Shown here piece by piece: positions 1-8,763 of a stretch of DNA of 64,000 bases (positions are counted from its first letter, which is position 1; every line of letters starts with the position of its first letter). Under the pieces are notes generated by a model. The model searched no databases and was not told the DNA's origin. It saw only the letters and a list, made by a program, of their open reading frames with translations. The stretch lies in contig CAZTMT010000012.1 in the NCBI GenBank assembly GCA_964615335.1, forward strand, positions 21,962 through 85,961, in the 5' to 3' direction. The stretch is from an uncultured Clostridia bacterium (GTDB taxonomy: Bacteria > Acidobacteriota > Blastocatellia > HR10). The position numbers and the translations under genes were made by a program.

Positions 1-1
1 T

Positions 2-229
2 ATCGCTGCGCTGCGCGAGCCCATGCGCGTTCGGACCAAGATTCGCTCTCGGCACGAGGAGGCTTCGGCCACGATCGAGCCGAGCGAGGACGGCTCTGTG
101 CTGGTGCGCTTTGACGAGCCGCAGCGCGCCGTCACGCCCGGTCAGGCCGTCGTCTTCTACGAGGGCGATCTGGTCATCGGGGGAGGCTGGATCCAGAGCA
201 CCGATCAAGTACCTCGGGCGATCGGCTGA
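2..229 (+). CDS. mnmA: tRNA 2-thiouridine(34) synthase MnmA, C-terminal fragment (5' end lies outside window)
   Basis: Frame open from base 2. C-terminal sequence ...[19 protein letters not shown] matches the conserved MnmA C-terminus (E. coli ...PGQSAVFYNGEVCLGGGII). Confidence 0.75.
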   Translation: MAALREPMRVRTKIRSRHEEASATIEPSEDGSVLVRFDEPQRAVTPGQAVVFYEGDLVIGGGWIQSTDQVPRAIG

Positions 230-287
230 GCCACGAGAGATCCGCGGCAATGGTCCTCGTCTCTGAGCCCCGCACCGCCCACTTCTC

Positions 288-830
288 TCATGCCGAGGAG
301 CTCAGAAGTTGAATCAGGGCGCGCCCGAAGTCGGCCGCTGCCTGCGGCCCACTGGCTGTGACGATCCGTCCATCAGTGACGACATCCTGGGGCTGATAGT
401 GGGCGCCGCCCTGACTCAGCTCGCGCAAAGACTCCTCGGTCGCATAGACGGTCGCCCGTCGCCCGTGCAACAGGCCGGCGCGCGCCAGGACGACACCGGA
501 GAGGCAGATGGCTCCGATCACCTTCCCCTTCTCATGGGCTTCGCGAAGCAGGCGGTGAAGAGTCTCATCCGGCCATAAATACGTCGGCGATCCCATCCCT
601 CCGACGACGACGATCGCCTCGTAATCGTCCGCGCGCGCTTCTGAGAGGAGCAGATCCGGCGAAGCGCTTCCGCCCAGCATCCCGCGCGCCACGCCGCGTC
701 GCGCCGAGGCGATCTTCACGTCCGCCCCTTCGGCCTCCAAAAGCCCTTTGGGCGTGAAAAGCTCCTCGTCCCGGAACTCCTCCGGAGCGATGACCATCAG
801 AACGCGCCTTCCACTCAACTTCTTCTCCAT
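288..830 (-). CDS. DJ-1/PfpI family protein (class I glutamine amidotransferase-like fold)
   Basis: Translation VLMVIAPEEFRDEEL...AICLSG(V)...VTASGPQAA is typical of DJ-1/PfpI, with the nucleophile-elbow Cys in AICLSG. Start placed at the internal ATG at 830, preceded by a strong SD (GGGAGGGAGGG). Confidence 0.8.
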   Translation of the reverse strand: MEKKLSGRRVLMVIAPEEFRDEELFTPKGLLEAEGADVKIASARRGVARGMLGGSASPDLLLSEARADDYEAIVVVGGMGSPTYLWPDETLHRLLREAHEKGKVIGAICLSGVVLARAGLLHGRRATVYATEESLRELSQGGAHYQPQDVVTDGRIVTASGPQAAADFGRALIQLLSSSA

Positions 831-1117
831 ACCCTCCCTCCCCAGCAGGGTCATGAGCCAGGGGATCCCTTCCCGACCGTCAAGCGGAATCCCCATTGCT
901 CATTTAGCAATCTCCGTGCCGCAAAGAGCCCTCGAAGAGGGCGACAGACGATAGCCTGGGGTGAAGCGCAAGCGGAACCCCAGGAAACGAGGTCCCCAAT
1001 CACCGAGCCTGCGCCAGCGGGCGACACACCGGGTCAGAAGCCTGGCGAATCGAAGGACGCCATTCGTGTATCCCCCGATGTTGTGACCTGGCGTGTGTGA
1101 ACCCGACCGGTTGGGTG

Positions 1118-1312
1118 GCATCCTGGTGTGTCGCCCCCTTCGGGGGCTTGTGGGGAAATTGGGGGGGGCTCACGTTCCGTTCCTAGGGCTTACGCCCTAG
1201 GCTATTCTCTGCCGCCCCCTCCGGGGGCTTTTTGCGGAAAAGGGTCGTTCTGCAAAAAGGCTCGCGCCCCAGGCTAATCTCTGTGCCCACTCCGTGGGCT
1301 TGGAGATGCGAG
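1118..1312. repeat. three degenerate copies of a ~40-nt GC-rich hairpin element (GCCCCC-TYC-GGGGGC followed by CTT) in a non-coding gap
   Basis: Copies: tgtgtcgcccccttcgggggcttgtgg / ctctgccgccccctccgggggctttttgc / ctctgtgcccactccgtgggcttggag. Flanks are conserved (cgcccYaggctaWtctctg). Copy 2 is followed by a T-run, giving a terminator-like shape. Confidence 0.5.
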
Positions 1313-1404
1313 CTTTCACCCGGGCATTGAGGATTTTTCCCCAAGGATGGTGCTGCTGCGCATGCGATCTGGGAAGTCTCGCGAACGATTCGCCCCGACC
1401 CTAT

Positions 1405-1755
1405 TCAGGCGTCTGAGGGACGAGTGGGACCCGGACTCCCCAAAGAGCGGTCTATCCTCTTCTTTCCCTGCGAGAGCAGGTAGATCTCTTCCAAGCTCAG
1501 AGGAAGAACGTGAAGGTCCTCCATTCCGGCTTGACGCAGCCGCTCGGCAAGTGAGTCGTCCCACCTATCGGTGACGATCTCACACGCATCGGAAGCGACG
1601 ACCAGCTCACTTCCCCCCAACTCCTGAAAGTGGCTGAAAGGGATCGTCGGAGGGGACGGGTGCGCAATGAATGGAAGATGGAGTGAAGAAGGCCACCTGA
1701 GCGTTTTTTCGCGCAAGATATCCCAGCGCGCCTCCTTGCCTAAGAGGAATCCCAT
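1405..1755 (-). pseudogene. possible remnant of an ABC-2 type transporter ATPase C-terminal (DUF4162-like) region; no ATPase domain present
   Basis: ORF ...ELGGSELVVASDACEIVTDRWDDSLAERLRQAGMEDLHVLPLSLEEIYL resembles the C-terminal accessory domain of ABC-2 ATPases (...PSLEEIFL). Walker motifs and the ABC signature are absent. It lies between astE-like and the repeat cluster. Confidence 0.3.
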
Positions 1756-1769
1756 CGCTCACTGCGGTT

Positions 1770-2855
1770 TCAGCCGGGCGATTTCACGGCTCCGATGAAG
1801 GCGACGGGTTCTCCCTGCGTGATCGGAGGGGTGGCGACGATATAAAGGACAAGACCGGCGAAGGGAGCGCGGACTTCGGCGATCGGACGCCCGAAGAAGT
1901 CCGTGATCGTCGCCAGAAGGGCTCCGGCCGCAACATACTGCCCTCGCTCGACCTGGGGATAGAGGATGCCGGTCGCCGGGCTCGTCAAGACGCGTGTCGG
2001 ATCCAGAAAGACCGGATGCGCGACGCGCTCGGGCTCTCCCTCCAGCATCTTCAGGTGACGCATGAGGCTGAGCACTCCGCGCACGATGCGCTCGATGGAT
2101 TCCGAATCGGTCCGGCCCAAATATCCAGATTCCACGGTCAGCGCCGGCTTGCCGCGCGTGATGGCCGTCGTGGAACAGTAGATCGAAGCCGTCGGATCCG
2201 TGGGCCGATCCCGATCCACGACGATGTATTCGATCCCGAAAGCGAGCGCCATCTCGCGCACAGCCGCATCCAGACGGGGATCTCCCGTGACCGGCATGTA
2301 GACATAAGGCCACAAGGATTCGTTCCCATCCCCGCAGTGAAGATCCAGGAGCACGTCGCACTTCTCGATCACTTCGGTCGTGATGGCGTAGGCGAGGCGT
2401 TCGGACACCGTCCCATCCGGGCGACCCGGATAGACGCGATTCAGGTTCTTGCGATCCACCGGGCTGTAGTAGATCGTCCGCCCCAGAAACGAGGGCATAT
2501 TGGCGACGTGCACCAGAATGATGGTCCCCTGCAACTGCCGCGGGTCCAGGTGCGCGCGCAGCCGTTGCAGCGCCAAAATCGGCGCGTATTCGTAACCGTG
2601 ATTCCCCGCGACCAGCGCGAGGACTGGTCCGGGTCGCTCCCCCCGCGCGATCGTCACCGGAATGGGCGCTCCCGGATCCGCCGCAGCCGGCACGTCGAGC
2701 ATGCCTGAGACGATTTCGCCGGGCCGAGCGACGATCGGCCCGACGCGAAAGACCTCCTGCGGCGCCGGGTGTACCCATCCGCTCGAAAGGACGAGGCCGA
2801 GCGCAAGGATCAAACCGATGGATCCCTTCCTGGGCGCGAACTTGCATCGGAACAT
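1770..2855 (-). CDS. succinylglutamate desuccinylase/aspartoacylase (AstE/AspA) family zinc hydrolase, secreted
   Basis: 361 aa with an N-terminal signal peptide. The motifs ALVAGNHGYEYAP, LHCGDGNE and the overall layout match the AstE/AspA family. Confidence 0.8.
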   Translation of the reverse strand: MFRCKFAPRKGSIGLILALGLVLSSGWVHPAPQEVFRVGPIVARPGEIVSGMLDVPAAADPGAPIPVTIARGERPGPVLALVAGNHGYEYAPILALQRLRAHLDPRQLQGTIILVHVANMPSFLGRTIYYSPVDRKNLNRVYPGRPDGTVSERLAYAITTEVIEKCDVLLDLHCGDGNESLWPYVYMPVTGDPRLDAAVREMALAFGIEYIVVDRDRPTDPTASIYCSTTAITRGKPALTVESGYLGRTDSESIERIVRGVLSLMRHLKMLEGEPERVAHPVFLDPTRVLTSPATGILYPQVERGQYVAAGALLATITDFFGRPIAEVRAPFAGLVLYIVATPPITQGEPVAFIGAVKSPG

Positions 2856-2901
2856 TTCTCTCCTCCGAATATGTTCTCCGGCGCGGACGTTTCCCTCGAT
2901 C

Positions 2902-3606
2902 TTACGAGGGGATGAGGCTCGTCCACCGCGTGAAAACTATCTGTCCGATCCGCTTCACTTCGGGGAGATAGAGCGAAGCGCGCTGCAGGATCTCTTCGCC
3001 CGAAAGGCCCGCTGCGCGCAATTCCCCGGCGAAGGTTCGGACCATATCGGAGATGAGCGGCTCGGTCACCTCCAGGTGAAAGAGCAACCCGTAGGCCTTC
3101 GCTCCGTATCGAAAAGCCTGACATTCGGTCAGCTCCGAGCGCGCCAGGGCCACAGCGCCCGACGGACAATCGAACACGTCGCCGTGCCAGTGATAGGCGA
3201 TGAACGGAGACTCTACGCCAGCCCACAGCGCATCCGCGCGCGCTGCTTCAGTGAGCGTGACAGGGAACCAACCGATCTCCTTCTGCGGACCCCGAACGAC
3301 GCGCGCGCCGAGCGCGGCGGCCAGAAGCTGACTTCCCAGACAGACTCCGAGAATCGGCTTCTCCTCAGCCAGCGCGCGCTCGATCAGGCGAATCTCGTCG
3401 GCCAGAAACGGATACTGATCCTGCTCATACACCCCCATGGGCCCTCCCATCAGGATGAGGCCGACGGCCTCGCTCATATCCCGGGGGACAGGCGCTCCCT
3501 CGAAAACGCGCACATACTCGGGTTGCACGCGCGCGGCCGCAAGAGCTTCGGCGATCGTCCCGAGCGTCTCACATGCGGCATGTTGCAAGACCCAGACCTT
3601 GGCCAT
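2902..3606 (-). CDS. type 1 glutamine amidotransferase domain protein
   Basis: MAKVWVLQH...ILGVCLGSQLL (nucleophile Cys in GVCLG) ...HWHGD is typical of GATase1. Start set at the internal ATG (MAKVWV). Confidence 0.75.
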   Translation of the reverse strand: MAKVWVLQHAACETLGTIAEALAAARVQPEYVRVFEGAPVPRDMSEAVGLILMGGPMGVYEQDQYPFLADEIRLIERALAEEKPILGVCLGSQLLAAALGARVVRGPQKEIGWFPVTLTEAARADALWAGVESPFIAYHWHGDVFDCPSGAVALARSELTECQAFRYGAKAYGLLFHLEVTEPLISDMVRTFAGELRAAGLSGEEILQRASLYLPEVKRIGQIVFTRWTSLIPS

Positions 3607-3695
3607 ATCGTCCCTCCTTGCCCCATTGGATTCCGAAGAAACTTTCTCGCGACCCCATTCTTGCCGATGTCTCATGGGGCGAACGTAACATTCCC

Positions 3696-5117
3696 TCACG
3701 CGGGACTCTTTCTCAGCAATTCGCGGGCAGCACGGATCGCTTCTTCAAGCGTCGTGATCCGCCCATCCAGTTGCATTTCATAGACCGCGCGCAAGAGGCG
3801 CCCCATTTCAGGGCCTGGCTTCATCCCCAGCTCCAGCAGATGCCGCCCCAGCAGTAAAGGACGAGGCGGCGCGTGCTCTACGCGCAGCTCTCGCGCTCGC
3901 GCGATGAACCATTCTTCAGCCTCAGAGTTGGAAGCCGGCCCGCGCGCCAGAGCATCGGCCTTCGCCACCAGGTACAGAAGCTCCAGATCACATTTGGCCG
4001 CTAGCCGCCGAAAGGCTCCATCGGTCACTCGCGCTCGGTCTCGGTAAAACTGCGCCGGCTTCAGATGATTGGCCACAAGCGCCAGAACCTGTCCGCGCAC
4101 ATCGTAGCCATTGATCGTATGCACATTCAGCCGATCCAGAACACGGCGGGCGGGCTCCAGGCCCGCTTCCTCATGCCCAGGCGTGCGAATGCGCCCTTCT
4201 TCCTCTTTGAGCGTGAGCGGTTTCCCAATGTCATGCAGAAGCACGGCCAGCATCACCGTCAGCCGCTTCTCCCGCGGGAGATCCGGAGTCAGCTCCGCCG
4301 CCACGTCCACGGCCAAAAGCGTATGCGTCCACACATCCCCTTCCGGATGCCAGATCGGATCCTGCAGGCATCCGACAAGCCATTTCAGGTCAGGCAGAAG
4401 CTTCTCGATGACCAGAAGATCGAGCGCCACCTCGAGACCCATCGAAGGGCGCCGGGCTCGAAGCAACAGCTTCTCGAACTCGCCCCAGATGCGCTCGCTC
4501 GGCAGATCCGAAAGATCTATCGCGCGGCACAGCTCTCGTGTCGCGGGCTCAACCGCGAATTCCAGCCGTGCAGCCAGTTGCATGGCTCGCAGCACCCGCA
4601 GACTGTCCTCCGGAAAAGTCCGAGCATCCACGACACGGAGCACGCGCCGCTTGAGATCGGCTTGCCCCCCGAAAGGATCAAACAGCTCATCACTCAGGGG
4701 ATCGTACAGCATGGCATTGATTGTGAAATCGCGCCGACGGGTGGCTTCTTCGATGCTCAGGAAAGGATCGCCCTCGATGAGAAACCCCCGATGGCCGCGC
4801 CCTTTTTTGGTCTCGCGGCGTGGCAGGCTCACGTCTATCTCAAGATCCGGCGAAAGCCTCACCTTGTAGACGGCGAAACTCTCGCCGACAGCGTTGACTG
4901 TACCGAAGCGCTCAAGCAAAGCCTTCAGCCTCTCAGAAGGGATCCCATAGACCTCGAGATCGAAATCCTTCCAGGGCTGTCCGAGCAAGCGATCGCGCAC
5001 GCCTCCTCCGACCAGCAGCGCGCGTCCTCCCGCTTCCCGCACGGCGCGGCAGAGTGCGAGGATCGGCTGGGGAACCTCGCGTGACAGATGCATCTCTGTC
5101 TCCACCTGCTCGCTCAT
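3696..5117 (-). CDS. cca: CCA tRNA nucleotidyltransferase / poly(A) polymerase family protein with HD domain
   Basis: N-terminal LLVGGGVRDRLLG...DFDLEV (Pol-beta NTase head) and RDFTINAM, followed by HD-domain HDIGK. Confidence 0.8.
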   Translation of the reverse strand: MSEQVETEMHLSREVPQPILALCRAVREAGGRALLVGGGVRDRLLGQPWKDFDLEVYGIPSERLKALLERFGTVNAVGESFAVYKVRLSPDLEIDVSLPRRETKKGRGHRGFLIEGDPFLSIEEATRRRDFTINAMLYDPLSDELFDPFGGQADLKRRVLRVVDARTFPEDSLRVLRAMQLAARLEFAVEPATRELCRAIDLSDLPSERIWGEFEKLLLRARRPSMGLEVALDLLVIEKLLPDLKWLVGCLQDPIWHPEGDVWTHTLLAVDVAAELTPDLPREKRLTVMLAVLLHDIGKPLTLKEEEGRIRTPGHEEAGLEPARRVLDRLNVHTINGYDVRGQVLALVANHLKPAQFYRDRARVTDGAFRRLAAKCDLELLYLVAKADALARGPASNSEAEEWFIARARELRVEHAPPRPLLLGRHLLELGMKPGPEMGRLLRAVYEMQLDGRITTLEEAIRAARELLRKSPA

Positions 5118-5131
5118 CGCGCCTCCCTATC

Positions 5132-6898
5132 TCACGACCTGGAACCCAGATGCTCGATCACATACTCGCGGACGCGCTCAATAGGCAGTCGGACCTGATG
5201 CATCGTATCGCGATCGCGCACGGTCACCTGCTGGTCTTCCAGAGTCTGAACATCCACGGTCACGCAGTAGGGTGTCCCGATCTCGTCCTGTCGCCGATAG
5301 AGCCGACCGATCGAAGCCGTATCGTCGTAGACAACCCGTCCGGGCACACCAGCGCGGAGATCGCTTGCGATCCGGCGGGCCAGTTCAACCAGTTCGCTCC
5401 GGTTCCGCAACAGGGGGAAGACGGCCACCTTGATCGGAGCCAGGCTCGGATGAAGCCGAAGCACCGTACGTCGCTCCCCGCGGACTTCCTCTTCGTGGTA
5501 GGCATCGCAGAGCAAGGCCAGGAAGATTCGGTCCACACCGGCACTGGGTTCGATCACATGGGGCGTGACATGTTCTTGCTTTTCGGGATCGAAGTAGACG
5601 AGATCGGCCACAGAGTGAGCGTTCTCCGGATGAGACTTGCTGTGGGCGCCCAGATCATAGTCTCCCCGATAGGCGATCCCTTCGATCTCGCCCCATCCCC
5701 AGGGGAATCGGTATTCGATATCCACGGTTCGTCGCGCGTAGTGGGCGAGTTCTTCGGGCGATTGCTCACGCAGTCGAAGATTTTCGGCGCGCAGGCCCAG
5801 GGAGAGATACCACTGGTAACGCTCCTCAACCCAGTGCTCGAACCAGTTTGCCGCGTCTTCCGGAGGCACGAAATACTCAATCTCCATCTGCTCGAACTCC
5901 CGCACGCGGAACAGAAACTGCCCCGGCGTGATCTCATTGCGAAAGGCTTTGCCTATTTGGGCGATCCCGAAAGGGAGTTTACGTCGCGACGTCGTGAGCA
6001 CATTCAGGAAGTTGACGAACATTCCCTGCGCTGTTTCGGGCCTCAAGTACACGAGAGCCGCCTCCTCTTCGACCGGTCCCATGAAAGTCTTGAACATGAG
6101 ATTAAACCGCCGAGGAGGAGTAAAGGCTCCAACTGCTCCACAATGAGGGCAGCGAAGAGCTCCCTTTTCGTTCAAGGACTGAAAAAGCTCGTTCCAGGAC
6201 GCCTTGATGGGCTCGTTCATCCAGGGCTGATATCTGGTGAAGGCTACCTGAATCAATTGCTCGTCTGAATCATAGCTTCGTCCGAAGCTCTTCTCGATCG
6301 CCCGAATCGCTTCAAGCCGCGCAGAGAAGCGGGGCCGGATCTGCTCAACTGCTTCCTCCCAAGCCCCCAGATCGGAATCGGTCACTGGTACCTGGGGAAT
6401 GCGCTCGCGCAACTGGCGCTCGTATTCAGGGTCCTTGAGGGCTGCCGTGATCAATTCCCATCGCGTGGCATATACGCGGCCCTTTTCTCTCTCCCGGCGT
6501 TCGACCTCATCGAAAAATGCGCTCACTTCCTCGACGAACCGAGAGGCCACATCGCGGATTTCGCGGCCGGCGCGCTCCAGGGACTCTTCAAGGATGGTGT
6601 CGGCTCGGAAGCGGCGTCGGCATTGTCGGCAGTCCACCAGGGGATCGGAGAAGGTCTCCTCATGGCCCGAATACTTCCAGACGAGCCGATTCATGAGAAT
6701 GGCCGAATCCAGGCCCTCCATGTCCGAGCGCTCCCAAACGACCCGCTGCCACCAGGCCCGCTTGATGTTGTTCTTCAGCTCTACGCCGAGCGGCCCATAA
6801 TCCCAGATGCTTTCGATCCCTCCGTAAATTTCGGATGAGGGGAAGACCAGTCCCCGGCGCTTACACAAACTGCGAATTGTCTCCAGGCTGACACTCAT
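5132..6898 (-). CDS. glyQS: glycine--tRNA ligase (class II, dimeric GlyQS type) with enlarged insertion domain
   Basis: N-terminus [17 protein letters not shown]...[27 protein letters not shown] and SAGVDR are diagnostic of alpha2 GlyRS. 588 aa versus ~500 typical. Confidence 0.9.
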   Translation of the reverse strand: MSVSLETIRSLCKRRGLVFPSSEIYGGIESIWDYGPLGVELKNNIKRAWWQRVVWERSDMEGLDSAILMNRLVWKYSGHEETFSDPLVDCRQCRRRFRADTILEESLERAGREIRDVASRFVEEVSAFFDEVERREREKGRVYATRWELITAALKDPEYERQLRERIPQVPVTDSDLGAWEEAVEQIRPRFSARLEAIRAIEKSFGRSYDSDEQLIQVAFTRYQPWMNEPIKASWNELFQSLNEKGALRCPHCGAVGAFTPPRRFNLMFKTFMGPVEEEAALVYLRPETAQGMFVNFLNVLTTSRRKLPFGIAQIGKAFRNEITPGQFLFRVREFEQMEIEYFVPPEDAANWFEHWVEERYQWYLSLGLRAENLRLREQSPEELAHYARRTVDIEYRFPWGWGEIEGIAYRGDYDLGAHSKSHPENAHSVADLVYFDPEKQEHVTPHVIEPSAGVDRIFLALLCDAYHEEEVRGERRTVLRLHPSLAPIKVAVFPLLRNRSELVELARRIASDLRAGVPGRVVYDDTASIGRLYRRQDEIGTPYCVTVDVQTLEDQQVTVRDRDTMHQVRLPIERVREYVIEHLGSRS

Positions 6899-6992
6899 CG
6901 TCCCTTCCTCACCTGTGAAATGCCAAGACGGAATATGATACCAGACGAGACCGCAGAAAGGGTATCACCGGGCCGCGTGCGTGCTTTTTCGT

Positions 6993-7021
6993 TTGACATC
7001 GGGGAGATCGCGTGATAGCGT
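6993..7021 (+). promoter_or_regulatory. candidate sigma70-type promoter (TTGACA-N17-TAGCGT) upstream of the wecA-like gene
   Basis: Consensus -35 hexamer with 17-nt spacer. The -10 is weak (TAnnnT only). Confidence 0.25.
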
Positions 7022-7158
7022 TTGCCGGCGCAAAGAGGGCGCGCGCGGCGCCGTGATCTTTCAAGCGTACAGGATGGCGCGCGATCGGGGTCAGGAGCCT
7101 GTCGGGGACGTGCTCTGGGTGCCCTGAACGGCTCGCGCCGACTCCGGCAAGCGAGACG

Positions 7159-8637
7159 ATGAAAACGTATCTGTCGCTCTTCATGCTGGCTCTAGGTCTC
7201 TCCTACGGGCTGACGCCGCTCATGGCTCATCTGGCGGCGCGATGGGGAGTGCTCGATCGGCCGGACCGCCCGCAGAAGATCCATGAGCGTCCGACGCCGC
7301 GGCTGGGGGGGATCGCCCTCTACGCATCCTTCCTTCTGGCCCTCGCGGCGCTGTTGGCTCTGGAGAATCGGGTCGCGGCGTATTTCACCGCGCACCTTCT
7401 CTGGGTCGCCAAGCTCCTTGTGCCGAGCACGCTCATTTTGCTTCTGGGCGTTTATGACGATCTGCGGGGGGCCAATGCGCAGCTCAAGTTCTCCGTGCAG
7501 GCGCTGGCGGCGCTTCTGCTTTACGCCTTCGGCGTTCAGATCACCCGGATCTGGAATCCTCTGGGGGGGACGATCGAACTGGGCCTGCTCTCGCTCCCGC
7601 TCACGCTGCTTTGGCTCATCGGCATCACGAATGCCTTTAATCTCTTGGACGGAGTGGATGGACTCTCGGCTGGTGCGGCTCTGTTTGCCACGCTGACGCT
7701 TTTGGCTGCTGCACTCTTTTACGATCAACCTCTGATCGTCATTCTCACCGTGGCGCTGGCTGGCTCGATCGTGGGATTTCTCCGCTACAACTTCGCCCCG
7801 GCCTCGATCTTCCTGGGCGATTCGGGGAGCCTCTTTCTGGGGTTCTTGTTGGGCGCGCTGGCCATCGAAGGCTCGCAAAAGAGCGCAACAGCGGTTGCGG
7901 TGGCCATCCCGCTGGTCTCCTTTGGCCTCCCGATTCTGGACACGGCGTGGGCTCTCATGCGTCGGGCTCTGGGGAAAAGGCCCCTCTTTCAGGGTGATCT
8001 GGAGCACATCCATCACATGTTGCTGCGACGTGGCCTGACGCGGCGTCAGGTCGTGATTCTGCTTTATGCCGTCTGCGCGGGATTTGGACTCTTCAGCCTC
8101 CTCTTTCTGAACCCTCAGGGGAAGCCCGTTGGGGTCATTCTCTTCATCCTGGGCGTCTCCGTCGTGTTCGCCATCCAATCGCTCGGGTATCCGGAATTCC
8201 AGGAGCTGCTGCACACGCTCGGGGAGGCAGCGCGGCATCATCGCACGTTGGCCCGCAATATCCAATTGCGGCGCCTCATTGCGGAGTTGCGACAGGTGGA
8301 GTCGGCGAGCGAGCTGCGCATTCGTCTGGATCGGCTGCTGGATCTGAGCGGCTTCGACTCTCTGGAAATCCGGTGGGCAAGCTCTCCCGAACGGAGATGG
8401 TTCTTTGCGGCTTCGCGGCCGCAGAGAGCGGATGCCGCACTCCCTCGTTGGAGCTTGCACTTGCCTCTCACCGACGAGCGCGGAGAGCGGTGGGGCGAAG
8501 TCATTCTGACAGGGGTCCTCACTGAGCGCGGCGCGCTGCCGTGGCACCATCTCTGTCGCTCCCTTCAGCAGGAGCTGGCTCGCGCTCTGCACCGCACAAG
8601 CTCTCCGGAGGCGCCCGTCGCTCACGTTCCTCGCTGA
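7159..8637 (+). CDS. MraY/WecA-family polyprenyl-phosphate N-acetylhexosamine-1-phosphate transferase (GT4) with ~150-aa C-terminal extension
   Basis: Multiple TM helices. Motifs LGVYDDL, NAFNLLDGVDGL, and a VFLGDSGS-like sequence identify the MraY/WecA superfamily. Confidence 0.8.
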   Translation: MKTYLSLFMLALGLSYGLTPLMAHLAARWGVLDRPDRPQKIHERPTPRLGGIALYASFLLALAALLALENRVAAYFTAHLLWVAKLLVPSTLILLLGVYDDLRGANAQLKFSVQALAALLLYAFGVQITRIWNPLGGTIELGLLSLPLTLLWLIGITNAFNLLDGVDGLSAGAALFATLTLLAAALFYDQPLIVILTVALAGSIVGFLRYNFAPASIFLGDSGSLFLGFLLGALAIEGSQKSATAVAVAIPLVSFGLPILDTAWALMRRALGKRPLFQGDLEHIHHMLLRRGLTRRQVVILLYAVCAGFGLFSLLFLNPQGKPVGVILFILGVSVVFAIQSLGYPEFQELLHTLGEAARHHRTLARNIQLRRLIAELRQVESASELRIRLDRLLDLSGFDSLEIRWASSPERRWFFAASRPQRADAALPRWSLHLPLTDERGERWGEVILTGVLTERGALPWHHLCRSLQQELARALHRTSSPEAPVAHVPR

Positions 8638-8686
8638 GAGTGAGGGGATGCGGATTCTCTCCGGGTTGGCAAAAATTCCTGTTGCA

Positions 8687-8713
8687 TTGACTCGCCATTC
8701 TCCTTATTATTAG
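8687..8713 (+). promoter_or_regulatory. candidate sigma70-type promoter (TTGACT-N15-TATTAG) upstream of VWA gene 1
   Basis: AT-rich gap; good -35, suboptimal spacer. About 50 nt upstream of the ATG at 8764. Confidence 0.25.
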
Positions 8714-8763
8714 GAGTCCGCGCCGGAACAGGTTTATTGAAGACCGAAACTGAGGAGGGAACG

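Noticed and set aside
1759-2847. 362-aa ORF in an alternative minus-strand frame over the astE-like gene
   Set aside because: Overlaps the better-supported frame (1770-2855), which carries AstE/AspA motifs and a signal peptide. Translation is Arg/Gly/Ala-rich with no motifs.
6909-7184. 91-aa ORF in the glyQS-wecA divergent intergenic region
   Set aside because: Lies in the promoter region between divergent genes. No SD, no motifs, and it overlaps the wecA-like start.
8666-8687. TGGCA...TTGCA resembling a sigma54 -24/-12 promoter upstream of VWA gene 1
   Set aside because: GG to GC spacing is 16 nt where a spacing near 12 nt is required for a sigma54 promoter. It is more likely fortuitous, and a sigma70-like TTGACT-N15-TATTAG lies just downstream.
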